A stretch of 64,000 nt of DNA from Candidatus Margulisiibacteriota bacterium (GTDB lineage: Bacteria > Margulisbacteria > Marinamargulisbacteria > JBFWNS01). Location of the stretch: NCBI GenBank assembly GCA_050250935.1, contig JBFWNS010000007.1:1-64000 (forward strand), read 5' to 3'. Shown here in pieces: positions 19,048 to 27,657 of the stretch; position 1 is the stretch's first letter; each line of letters opens with the position of its first letter. The notes under the pieces were generated by a model, which worked only from the letters and a program-made list of their open reading frames with translations, did no database searches and was not told the DNA's origin. A program made the translations under genes and the position numbers.

Positions 19048-20762
19048 AGGTTCCATAAGCACTTGGCCCAGGTTTTGAAAGGGGTGGGGCTGGTTTTGGC
19101 ATACCGATCTAACCACTGTAAACGAGCCGTTTGAACAGTCTCGGTTTGCCACCAGGCTTGGATATCCGATAGGGCATTGATGGCTTTGGCCGCTGCTTCG
19201 GGGTTGTAAAAGGCAATGCCTGCTTGATGCCACAGATCGAAAAATGGCGTCGCTTCTGGTGCCAGTTGAATGGCAGGATTCAAAATCACCATAAATGGGG
19301 TGTTGGCAGCGACCAGGGTGTTTAGGGTGGTGCTGGCATTGTCCATGACCACCAAGGATGCGCTTAGAAGCCAAGGCATCAGATCCCCTTCGCAGCGTTG
19401 GAGCGTGGGAAAGGCCTGGGATAAACTGGGCCATTCGTCCAAGCGACATCGGGTGTCTGGGTGAGCTCGGTAGCGGAGCAAGTCCAGCTTGTCTGGGGAT
19501 AAGCCTTCTAAAAACAGGTGTTTATCGGCCAGATAGTGGGGCCAGGTTGGTCCAAAGTGTTCGGAGTACAGACAGCCCACGCCCAATGGGTGAATCACGT
19601 TGCCAACCATCACTATGGCATCCGAGGTGGGGTTGTGCTGGTTGAAACAGCGGGATAGCTCGGGGGAGGGTAGGGGAATCAGGTTGTCTTTAATGCCATT
19701 TTGAGAGTCCCATCCCCAGGTGATAAACCATCGGTTCTTTATCTCCAGTTCGTAGCTGCCATAATGATGCAAATCGATCCCATAACTTCCCCCATGTTGA
19801 GAGCCCAGCAAAACTTCTCCGGCTTCTAGTGCGTTGGCCATGTAAAATTTAATTTGTTCGTGTTGATAAAAGGAGGTTCGACTGACTCGCAATCCCCCAG
19901 TTCGATACCGTTGCTTTTTGGCTTTGGTCTGTAGCAAACCATAGTGGGTGGTTAGTGTTTGGGGAAGGGTTTCGAGTAAGAGGCGCCAATAGCTTTGACA
20001 CACGGTGGTGGTGAAGAGGGTTTCGAGAGCGTGGTCTGCAAAAATGGGTTTTGTCGAGGCATAGGGAGCACCGGGTTCGGTTTTGGGGAGTTTGGTTTTT
20101 TTGAAACAGGCTTTAAACCGAAGCATCCACGATAAGGCATCCCGTTGGGGTTCTGAAAATCCATGAACCCCTTGGAAGCGTCGGGGGTCTGGATTGGGCA
20201 TGGATTCCACACAATCGGGGGCTTCAGGGAAAAGGGTTATTGTTGGGCTTAAGGTCCAAGTCGATGGGGCGCAATCCTGGCAAAGTTGGCTTAGAATCCA
20301 GTGGTAGAACGCCGGATTTTTAAGGCCTCGCAGATTAAAATCGATCATGTCCACGAAATTCCATGGGCCTGAAGTGGCGAGGGTTTCAACCGTAGCGGTT
20401 TTGGGGTTGGACAGTGCTGGGGCAAGGGTTAAAAAACAGCCAGCGACGATACCCCATAGCTCGAGAATATAGGGCATGGCGAGGGTGCGCCAGTAAGGAA
20501 TGCCATGCGAAACCCCGTGAAGGGTGTTTAAGTGATCGGCCAATTGTTTCAAAATAGCGGTATTTAAAAAATCATTTGTGAAGGCCAACAAAGCGTCTTG
20601 GCTGTGGGCCACTGTCTCGAAGGAAAACCGATGCCAGTGGGGAAACCGTGTTTCTTGCCCAATTAAACTAATGCCAGACAAAATTTGATCCTGGTCTGGC
20701 CTGTAATCGTCGGGTAAGGGTCCTAGAATTAGCCTTGGAGGAACTAGTTCAGAGTCGAGCAC
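19044..20762 (-). CDS. Putative surface-polysaccharide transferase (LIC12162-like)
   Basis: YWRTLAMPY, QHGGSYG, FITWGW and YRAHP motifs. Confidence 0.75.
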   Translation of the reverse strand: MLDSELVPPRLILGPLPDDYRPDQDQILSGISLIGQETRFPHWHRFSFETVAHSQDALLAFTNDFLNTAILKQLADHLNTLHGVSHGIPYWRTLAMPYILELWGIVAGCFLTLAPALSNPKTATVETLATSGPWNFVDMIDFNLRGLKNPAFYHWILSQLCQDCAPSTWTLSPTITLFPEAPDCVESMPNPDPRRFQGVHGFSEPQRDALSWMLRFKACFKKTKLPKTEPGAPYASTKPIFADHALETLFTTTVCQSYWRLLLETLPQTLTTHYGLLQTKAKKQRYRTGGLRVSRTSFYQHEQIKFYMANALEAGEVLLGSQHGGSYGIDLHHYGSYELEIKNRWFITWGWDSQNGIKDNLIPLPSPELSRCFNQHNPTSDAIVMVGNVIHPLGVGCLYSEHFGPTWPHYLADKHLFLEGLSPDKLDLLRYRAHPDTRCRLDEWPSLSQAFPTLQRCEGDLMPWLLSASLVVMDNASTTLNTLVAANTPFMVILNPAIQLAPEATPFFDLWHQAGIAFYNPEAAAKAINALSDIQAWWQTETVQTARLQWLDRYAKTSPTPFKTWAKCLWNL

Positions 20763-22591
20763 GCCGCAAAAACCCCTTGATGGGCCTTAACCATGGCTTC
20801 CAGTTCTTGTTCGAGGGCCTTAAGCTCGGCTTTGGCAGCGGCTTGGGCTTGTGGGGTTTCCAGGTTTAGATTTGGAATCAGGGTTTGGTAATAGGCGATG
20901 CCATCCAACAGATTCTTGTGGAAGGTGTTCAGGTATTGAATGCGTTTTTCGTTGGGATCTGGCAGGCTTTTTTGGATTTCTTTGGCGAAATAGTTGATGT
21001 ACATTTTCAATTCCGCCATAAACATGTTGGGGCGGGCAGTGTTGTTTAATAAATTTTGTCGGCCATAGATGTGGCCCATCATTTCTGCAAGCGAGCAAAT
21101 GGTGGAAAAATAGGCCAAGTTAGGGCCTGGGCAAACGGCTGGACTGAGGGCCCGTTTGTTGTTCAGATGATGCGAGATCAGGGCGCTGGCCGCCAAATCT
21201 TCGCAGAGACAGGCCTTGGCAATCACGGCATTAAAGGCGATTTGATATTGGTTTTGGGGCAAATGCAGGTGTTTGAGTTGTTCGATCTTTTTGCGTTGAT
21301 ACAGCGTCGAGGCGGTGCAGATGGGGGTGGTGGTAAATTCGGTGTTCGAAACCAAATGCCCTTTGGGACAGGGGCTTCCGGGTTTGCCGGCTTCTGCTTT
21401 TTTGAGTTTTTCTTGTTCGCTGATGCTGAACCGAACGGTGTTAAAGGGGACGCCCAGCGGGGAAATATCACTTAAATACAGGTCTTCTTGGGTGGCTTTG
21501 GACAACAATTGGCGGGTTTCTTCGTCCAAAGTTGTTACTTCGGGGACCAATAAAAAGGGTGTGGCCCAGCCGGTGCCATCCACCCTGTAGTGTTGGATCA
21601 AAAACTGATCCTCGGTGTGGGTACCAATGCCCCCTTGAACCGTGATGTTGGTTTTTGGAAGCTGTTTGAATGGGATGCGATTTCGTTTGGCCAAGGCCTC
21701 GTTACAGGTAACCAATAGCTCGGAAAACAGGGTTTCTTTTTCGGTTTTAAATTCTTCTAAAATGGGGCCCAACAAATAGCCGTCCGAAGCAAAGGCGTGG
21801 CCGCCGCAGTTCAAACCGGATTCAATGCGGTGCTCGGAAACCCAAATCCCCTTTTTGGCCAAGAACCGACCTTGGGTGGCCGAAGAGCGGAAATCAGAAA
21901 CCTTTAAAATGATGTGCTTTTTTATATGACCGGTTTCGTCGGGGAAAAAAGGATCGAAGGTTTCGATATAGGCATAGAGGCGTCGGTTAAACCCTGCCGA
22001 AAACACAATGCCCGACTCCAAAGTACTGTTGGCGAACCCACGTAGGGCCGATAGGGCATCCGAAAATTCTTCGGGCAGCAAATTGCCTTGTTTGTCGTAG
22101 TTGGTTCTGTCGATTTTGGTCATGATGTTCACATCGGCTTTGCCAGGGCGCATGCGGTTGCGCAAGTGGGTTTGAAGGGCCTGTTTTTTGGCCTCGTCTT
22201 TCTCGGCCAACATGGCCAGATAGTCGGTGTGGAGCGGGCTGGTTGTGGGCAACATCTCGAAATATTTGGTGATCTCGGATCCGGGTTCGAAAGCCGTGGC
22301 TTTTAGAGCTTCAAATTGGGTTTTAATCAGGTGGTCCACCAAGTCTAGATAGGCGGTAATGCGTTTGGCGCGGAAGTCTTCGCTCCATTTTTTGATGGGC
22401 TCAAAGGGTAGATCGTTGGCTTTGGCGTGGTAGTCGCGCATGGTTTCGCACAATTCGTCGTCGCCAATGGACATCACAGACGATATCCCATATTTGGCCA
22501 CCCGCAAGGGGGTATCGATGGTAAACGACGTTCCCATCACGGGAATGTGGACACTATGGATCAGTTCTTGGGTGGGTGTAGATTTCAACAA
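20744..22591 (-). CDS. Conserved hypothetical protein, probable FMN TIM-barrel/Fe-S enzyme
   Basis: HIPVMGTSFTIDTP, NIMTKID, ESGLNCGGHAF, QGGIG, CLCEDL and CPGPN motifs; AAGGA RBS before the TTG start. Confidence 0.8.
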   Translation of the reverse strand: MLKSTPTQELIHSVHIPVMGTSFTIDTPLRVAKYGISSVMSIGDDELCETMRDYHAKANDLPFEPIKKWSEDFRAKRITAYLDLVDHLIKTQFEALKATAFEPGSEITKYFEMLPTTSPLHTDYLAMLAEKDEAKKQALQTHLRNRMRPGKADVNIMTKIDRTNYDKQGNLLPEEFSDALSALRGFANSTLESGIVFSAGFNRRLYAYIETFDPFFPDETGHIKKHIILKVSDFRSSATQGRFLAKKGIWVSEHRIESGLNCGGHAFASDGYLLGPILEEFKTEKETLFSELLVTCNEALAKRNRIPFKQLPKTNITVQGGIGTHTEDQFLIQHYRVDGTGWATPFLLVPEVTTLDEETRQLLSKATQEDLYLSDISPLGVPFNTVRFSISEQEKLKKAEAGKPGSPCPKGHLVSNTEFTTTPICTASTLYQRKKIEQLKHLHLPQNQYQIAFNAVIAKACLCEDLAASALISHHLNNKRALSPAVCPGPNLAYFSTICSLAEMMGHIYGRQNLLNNTARPNMFMAELKMYINYFAKEIQKSLPDPNEKRIQYLNTFHKNLLDGIAYYQTLIPNLNLETPQAQAAAKAELKALEQELEAMVKAHQGVFAACSTLN

Positions 22592-22694
22592 TTTTCCTTA
22601 TAAGTTCGGGCAACAGGGGCTTGAAAACGGGTAGATAAAAAACACCCGATTATACAGTATGAAGAGCCTCCAACACCAGCCCAAGGGCAGGCAC

Positions 22695-22964
22695 TTACTC
22701 TGGGATGGATTGAGGAGCGCTCAGGTTCAATTGCACCGCATGGACACCGGCTTTAAAAAAAGGGTCCAAAATGGCGTTCACGGCCCGGTGTCGTTGCAAG
22801 GGGGTTTTTCCAATAAATAGTGGCGATACTAGGGTAATGGAAAAGTGACTGTTGGTTCGGTTGTGGATGCCCCCATGTCCGTTGTGTTTGGCACTGTCGT
22901 CGGTAATGTCCAGCTGGGTGGGGGTAAAGGCTTCGGTTAAGACAGCGCGGAGGGTGTTAATCAT
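22695..22964 (-). CDS. bolA: BolA family protein
   Basis: DDSAKHNGH, SHF, F.GK..LQRHRAVN and GVHA motifs. Confidence 0.92.
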   Translation of the reverse strand: MINTLRAVLTEAFTPTQLDITDDSAKHNGHGGIHNRTNSHFSITLVSPLFIGKTPLQRHRAVNAILDPFFKAGVHAVQLNLSAPQSIPE

Positions 22965-22990
22965 CTCATCTAATGGTACACTACCCGACC

Positions 22991-24343
22991 ATGAAACTTC
23001 AAAATCCTTTTCGACACGTGGCCAACATCATTACTTTGCTTCGGATTGTGGGGGTGGCCCTTATTTTTTGGCTGACGCCGTATCACACCAATTTTTGGCT
23101 TTTGAATACAGCTCTGATCTATGCCCTGATTTGTGTGACTGATTTTGTGGATGGTTGGGTGGCCCGTAAATTCGAGATTGTGTCGGATCTGGGTAAAATT
23201 TTGGATCCTCTGGCCGATAAAATTTTGGTTTTGGTGTTTTTACCCTTGCTGGAAATGCAGGTGATTTCCTCGTTTCCCGTCTTCATTATTCTGGCCAGGG
23301 AATTTGCGATTATGGCCCTTCGTGTGGTCTCGGTTCAGCAAGGTTCGGATATTTCGGCCAAACTGTCTGGAAAAATCAAAACCGCGATTACCTTGCCGGT
23401 TTGTGGCATTTTATTTGCCAGGGTGGATGTTAAAACCGTGGCCCTTCCCAAAATTTTATTGCCCCTTGAAGCCCTGCGTATTTGGATTCATTCTTGGCCC
23501 TGGTGGGTGTTTGCCATTTTGATTTGGGCGACGGTGTTGGTCACGGTCTGGTCGTTTATGGATTATTTTGGTCGGTTTATTTGGGACCGCTATGTCAAAA
23601 AGGCTGGTGGTGAAGAGCAAGCCAAGCGGTTGTTGCGCAGCTTAATCCCCAACAGCTTTTCGATGATGAATTTGGTTTGTGGCATGGTGGCCGTGGTCAT
23701 GGCTTGGTACGGTCAATATCACACGGCAGTGTTGTTGGTGATTTTGGGTATCTTGTTTGATTCTGTGGATGGTCATTTGGCCCGGAAGTTGGATGCCTTT
23801 TCGAAATTTGGCGCTAAACTAGATTCTAAAGCCGATTTTGTAAGCTTTGGCATTGCGCCTGCTATTGTTGTGTTTCAAAGCCTGGCTAACGGGTCTTTGG
23901 AGCGACTGGTGGTTGGGGCTGTTTTGGGTATTTTGTATTATGGTTCTGTGCACTATCGCCTGCGCCGCTTTGATAAAACCGGTCACAGCGACGAGTTCGA
24001 AGGGTTGCCTTCTCCAGTGGGTGCGGCCATTGTATTGTTGGCGGCGATTTCGAGGCTTTTTTCTGGCCCTATTTTGTTTGTTTTGGTGAGTGTGGGAACC
24101 TCGCTATTGATGATGTCTCGCATTCCCTATGTTCATAATATCGAAAGCAAAAAGACCTTTTTACGTTATTTGCGAATTCCCACCATCTTGTTTTTGATTT
24201 TGACCATCATGCATTTGTTGGACCTTCATATTGCCAGGTCCATTTATGCTTATGAAATTTTATTGGGTTTGGCTGGGATCTATGTGCTGTCCCCCGTCTT
24301 TTTCGCCTTTAAAAAAGCCAATCGCCAGGGTCAGGAAAAATAA
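22991..24343 (+). CDS. Two-domain CDP-alcohol phosphatidyltransferase (PgsA-like plus PssA-like fusion)
   Basis: Two CDP-alcohol phosphotransferase signatures in one ORF: DFVDGWVARK...GKILDPLADK and DSVDGHLARK...GAKLDSKADFVSFGIAP. Confidence 0.9.
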   Translation: MKLQNPFRHVANIITLLRIVGVALIFWLTPYHTNFWLLNTALIYALICVTDFVDGWVARKFEIVSDLGKILDPLADKILVLVFLPLLEMQVISSFPVFIILAREFAIMALRVVSVQQGSDISAKLSGKIKTAITLPVCGILFARVDVKTVALPKILLPLEALRIWIHSWPWWVFAILIWATVLVTVWSFMDYFGRFIWDRYVKKAGGEEQAKRLLRSLIPNSFSMMNLVCGMVAVVMAWYGQYHTAVLLVILGILFDSVDGHLARKLDAFSKFGAKLDSKADFVSFGIAPAIVVFQSLANGSLERLVVGAVLGILYYGSVHYRLRRFDKTGHSDEFEGLPSPVGAAIVLLAAISRLFSGPILFVLVSVGTSLLMMSRIPYVHNIESKKTFLRYLRIPTILFLILTIMHLLDLHIARSIYAYEILLGLAGIYVLSPVFFAFKKANRQGQEK

Positions 24344-24347
24344 CGGC

Positions 24348-24617
24348 TTATTCAATTAAGACCATGGCCGTTTCGGTACTCGAAGCCGAAGCCGTGGTGT
24401 TCAACGGCATAACGGCTTCTTTGTAGTGGAAATAGGCCAGTTGGGTTTGTTGTTGTTGGGCATCATACACCCACACCATGCCGGCCAATAGCACAGGCAA
24501 TGCTGTGGCCAACCCCCATTGCCACCAAGCCACCCGTGGGCGTTCGGGGGTCAGTTGGTTAAGGACAGCGGCCTTAAGCGAGGGGGGCGCTGATAGTGTC
24601 TGAAATGAGGTCCACAT
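24348..24617 (-). CDS. Putative membrane anti-sigma factor
   Basis: Short single-TM ORF overlapping the 3' end of the ECF sigma gene; AAGGTGA RBS. Confidence 0.6.
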   Translation of the reverse strand: MWTSFQTLSAPPSLKAAVLNQLTPERPRVAWWQWGLATALPVLLAGMVWVYDAQQQQTQLAYFHYKEAVMPLNTTASASSTETAMVLIE

Positions 24618-25191
24618 GGGAATCACCTTCCTGTAAAGAGAGTAGTAGGGCTTTTAATTTGGCTTTTGCCCGGTTCAGCCGGGATTTAACAGTACCAATC
24701 GCGCAGCCCAGTGTCGCACTAAGTTCTTCATAGCTAAAGTCGTTAATTTCGCGTAAAACCAAGATTTCTCGGGATGCCCGATCCAATTTTTGCAAGGCTT
24801 GGTTAAGGGGGGCAAATTCAACGTCCCGGTCCAAGGGGTCGATCTGGGGTTCTTCGATCTCGGTTTGGGGTTCAGAAAACAGGTCCAGCGACAAACAACT
24901 TCGAATTTTGCGGCGCATCAATGCGGTTTTGGCGGTATTTAAAGTCATGCGATACAACCAGCTGGAAAAAACGGCCGGTTCTTTGAGCTGATGGATTTTT
25001 CGAAAGACCTTAATGAAGACTTCTTGGGTAACATCATTTGCGTCTTCGGCATTGCCCATCATCCCAAAAGCGGTTCGGTAGACCTTGTGTTGAAACTGGT
25101 CCAGCAAGGTCTCGAAGGCTGGTTCATTGCCTTGAACGACTTGTTCGATCAAGGCAATATCCACAGGGCTTGCTGCCTGAAAGGTGCTCAT
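24574..25191 (-). CDS. ECF RNA polymerase sigma factor
   Basis: DANDVTQEVF, FSSWLYR and SYEELS...GTVKSRLNRA motifs. Confidence 0.93.
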   Translation of the reverse strand: MSTFQAASPVDIALIEQVVQGNEPAFETLLDQFQHKVYRTAFGMMGNAEDANDVTQEVFIKVFRKIHQLKEPAVFSSWLYRMTLNTAKTALMRRKIRSCLSLDLFSEPQTEIEEPQIDPLDRDVEFAPLNQALQKLDRASREILVLREINDFSYEELSATLGCAIGTVKSRLNRAKAKLKALLLSLQEGDSHVDLISDTISAPLA

Positions 25192-25197
25192 GGGTGA

Positions 25198-25839
25198 TTA
25201 CCGATTGTCCCAATGGGGCTTACGGTCGCCTCGGCCATGTTTTTTTCGAAGGTGTTCGAATTTTTTAAATTGATCTGGGCTTAAAATGGCTTTGAGGGCT
25301 TCGTTGCGTTTGTCTCGGATGGCTTTGAAGTGTTCTTTGTTTTCGCTGAGGGGCTTTTTGGTGGCCATTAGGGCGTCCATATCGGTTTGAAATTGAACGA
25401 AGACGGCCTCTACTTTGGGGACTTGGTCTTTGGATAGATCCAGTTTTTGGGTCAGATGTTTCACCATGGCGTTGCGCATTTTTTCTTTGCGTTCCGTTCG
25501 CCATTGTTGTTTAAGGGTGGTGAACTTGGCTTGTTGGTCTGGGGTTAAAACGGCCTTGATTTTGGCATCCATGGCTTCGTGTTCTTTAATCCAGGCTTCG
25601 TGGGCTTCTTTGGTTTTGGCGTCGCGCTTGGCCATGTCCTCTTTGTGTTGTTCTTTGAAAATCACCTTTAACTGATTGGCTTGGGCGTCGCTAAGACCCA
25701 GATCTGTTTTGAGTTTTTCTATCTTTTTTTCAGGGTCGGGTTTGTGGAATCGATGCCCCGGATCCTCGGCAAAGGTTGGGGTTAATTGCAAGAGCACCAG
25801 AGCAAGAACCGTGGTGGTTAGCAGATATAAATTTGGCAT
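25198..25839 (-). CDS. Spy/CpxP-like exported protein
   Basis: Signal peptide and repeated LGLSDAQ/LTPDQ/LSPDQ (LTXXQ-type) motifs; AAGGAG RBS. Confidence 0.75.
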   Translation of the reverse strand: MPNLYLLTTTVLALVLLQLTPTFAEDPGHRFHKPDPEKKIEKLKTDLGLSDAQANQLKVIFKEQHKEDMAKRDAKTKEAHEAWIKEHEAMDAKIKAVLTPDQQAKFTTLKQQWRTERKEKMRNAMVKHLTQKLDLSKDQVPKVEAVFVQFQTDMDALMATKKPLSENKEHFKAIRDKRNEALKAILSPDQFKKFEHLRKKHGRGDRKPHWDNR

Positions 25840-25930
25840 TGTAAAACTCCTTCATCAAAAAATTCTACGCTTAAGACCCAGTGGCTTTCTGGATTGTTCC
25901 ATGATAGTCTTGGCTCCTCGTTATACTACT

Positions 25931-26006
25931 GCGCTCGTAGCTCAATGGATAGAGCATCAGACTTCGGATCTGAGGGTTGGGAGTTCGAGTCTCTCCGGGC
26001 GCGCCA
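25931..26006 (+). tRNA. tRNA-Arg (TCG)
   Basis: Acceptor stem GCGCTCG/CGGGCGC-GCCA; anticodon arm TCAGA-CT-TCG-GA-TCTGA; GTTCGAGT T-loop. Confidence 0.96.
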
Positions 26007-26132
26007 TTTCCACAATATTTGGCGATCTTTCGGCTTTCCGCTTTGGTCGATATCGGCTCCCCTTCGGGGAGGCCCTAAAGATAACTCCCGTTGCGGAAAA
26101 GCCAAAATCTCATCCAAATCTTGTGGAAATGG
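26004..26132. repeat. About 130-nt imperfect inverted repeat (long hairpin) starting at the tRNA CCA
   Basis: CCATTTCCACAATATTTGG / CCAAATCTTGTGGAAATGG (one mismatch), inner GGCTTTCCGC / GCGGAAAAGCC, apical CTCCCC-TTC-GGGGAG. Confidence 0.75.
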
Positions 26133-26330
26133 TGGGTTGGAAGCATAGAAATGGAATTTTTGTGGGTCGCGCCGTTGAAGTGAATTCAACGCTGCTCCCG
26201 CTGCGCGGCTTCTGCTTCGGCTTTTTTCAGAGAAAAGGGGGCTCTGTTCACGGCTATAGAGTGAGTTAAAATACCCTGTACAAAAAAAACGAATCATGGC
26301 CGCAGGCCCAGCGCTAGCGTGAGGGGGAGG

Positions 26331-26372
26331 CTCAACCGAACTTGCTTCGGTTGAGGGGGCGACGCAAGCCCC
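26331..26372. repeat. REP-like tandem hairpins
   Basis: CTCAACCGAA-cttgc-TTCGGTTGAG followed immediately by GGGGC-gacgcaa-GCCCC. Confidence 0.6.
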
Positions 26373-26412
26373 TTAAATAGGCTATACTACACCGTACAAG
26401 GAGACCGTTTTT

Positions 26413-26793
26413 ATGGGATTAACGTATACAGATTTAAGCCTTACCAATATTTTGGGGAAACAAAGCATTCGAATTAGGGCTTTGGTGGATACCGGGGCTA
26501 CGTTTATGTGTGTTACCCCAGAAATGGCCACTCAGTTGGGGTTTGATACTGCTGAAGTTTCGACCCATGTGGTAACGTTGGCCGACGGTCGACAGATTAA
26601 AGTTCCTCGCATTGCGCCCATTGAAATTGCTTTTGAAAATCGAACCTATGTGACAGAGGCCTTGGTGTTGGGCAATGAAGCCTTGATGGGTGTTTTGCCT
26701 CTGGAAGCCATGGATTTGGTAGTTGATCCTCTAAAGCAGCGGGTTGTGGTTAACCCAGAACACCCCAATTTTCCGGTGGCATTGGCGAAATAA
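26413..26793 (+). CDS. Clan AA (retropepsin-like) aspartic protease
   Basis: ALVDTGAT, LADGR and LMGVLPLEAMDL motifs; AAGGAG RBS. Confidence 0.9.
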   Translation: MGLTYTDLSLTNILGKQSIRIRALVDTGATFMCVTPEMATQLGFDTAEVSTHVVTLADGRQIKVPRIAPIEIAFENRTYVTEALVLGNEALMGVLPLEAMDLVVDPLKQRVVVNPEHPNFPVALAK

Positions 26794-26802
26794 TCTGTAC
26801 CA

Positions 26803-27657
26803 ATGAAACCCTTCACCCCCATCCCCGCCTATCCGTTGCCATCGTGGGTGGCGAGTGGGCCGATTGGGTTGACGGTGAGTTGGTTGACGGCGGCGAATCC
26901 GTTTATGCAAAAGCCGCATCCGCACACGCATCCTTATTACCAATTGGTGTTGATTGAGGCCGGGCGTGGCACTTATGAAGTCGATTTTCGGTCGTTCGAG
27001 GTGGGGCCAGGAAGCTTGGTTTGGATTGCCAAAGGGCAGGTGCATTCGGCGACTTTGAGTGGGGATTTGTTGGGGTATTGTGTGTCGTTTTCTGAAGATT
27101 TTTTGATTACTTGGGTGGGGGAATGCCCTGGGTTGGAGGGGTTGGTGTCGGCCTTTCCACCGGTTTCGGTGTTTGACGGCGCCGAAATGGGGCCGGCTTT
27201 CGAGGCGATGGCCAGGCTCGAAGGGTCAGAAGTCGAGCCTTTTAAGTCGGCGCTTTTGGGCACCCATTTGAAACTGGTGTGTTTGCAGCTGGCCAAGGTG
27301 GCCGTGGCTGTTTCGGATGAAGATGGGATCGGGACCCCTTTGGTTCAAGCGTATCGGCGTTGGGTGGACCGGTTTTTTCGCCAGCACCATGATGTGGAAT
27401 TTTATGCCGAGGCCTTGCATGTGAATGCCAAACATTTAAACGAGCTGGTCAAACACAGTACGGGTCAAACCGCCTCGCATTGGATTCATGAACGGTTGAT
27501 TCTGGAAGCCAAGCGGTTGCTGTGTAATACCCTGAATCCTATTGCCGATATTGCGGTGTTTTTGGGGTTCGAGGATACCGCCTATTTTTATCGGTATTTT
27601 AAGCGGTATACCGGTCAAACCCCCTTGGCGTTTCGCCTATATGGCAAGCGGGGTTGA
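26803..27657 (+). CDS. AraC-family transcriptional regulator
   Basis: Cupin PHTHPYYQ; C-terminal double HTH (EAKRLL...IAVFLGFEDTAYFYRYFKRYTGQTP). Confidence 0.93.
   Translation: MKPFTPIPAYPLPSWVASGPIGLTVSWLTAANPFMQKPHPHTHPYYQLVLIEAGRGTYEVDFRSFEVGPGSLVWIAKGQVHSATLSGDLLGYCVSFSEDFLITWVGECPGLEGLVSAFPPVSVFDGAEMGPAFEAMARLEGSEVEPFKSALLGTHLKLVCLQLAKVAVAVSDEDGIGTPLVQAYRRWVDRFFRQHHDVEFYAEALHVNAKHLNELVKHSTGQTASHWIHERLILEAKRLLCNTLNPIADIAVFLGFEDTAYFYRYFKRYTGQTPLAFRLYGKRG

Noticed and set aside
25676..26297. ORFs of 197, 84 and 123 aa spanning the tRNA-Arg region
   Set aside because: They overlap a clear tRNA and structured repeats and have no protein-like features.
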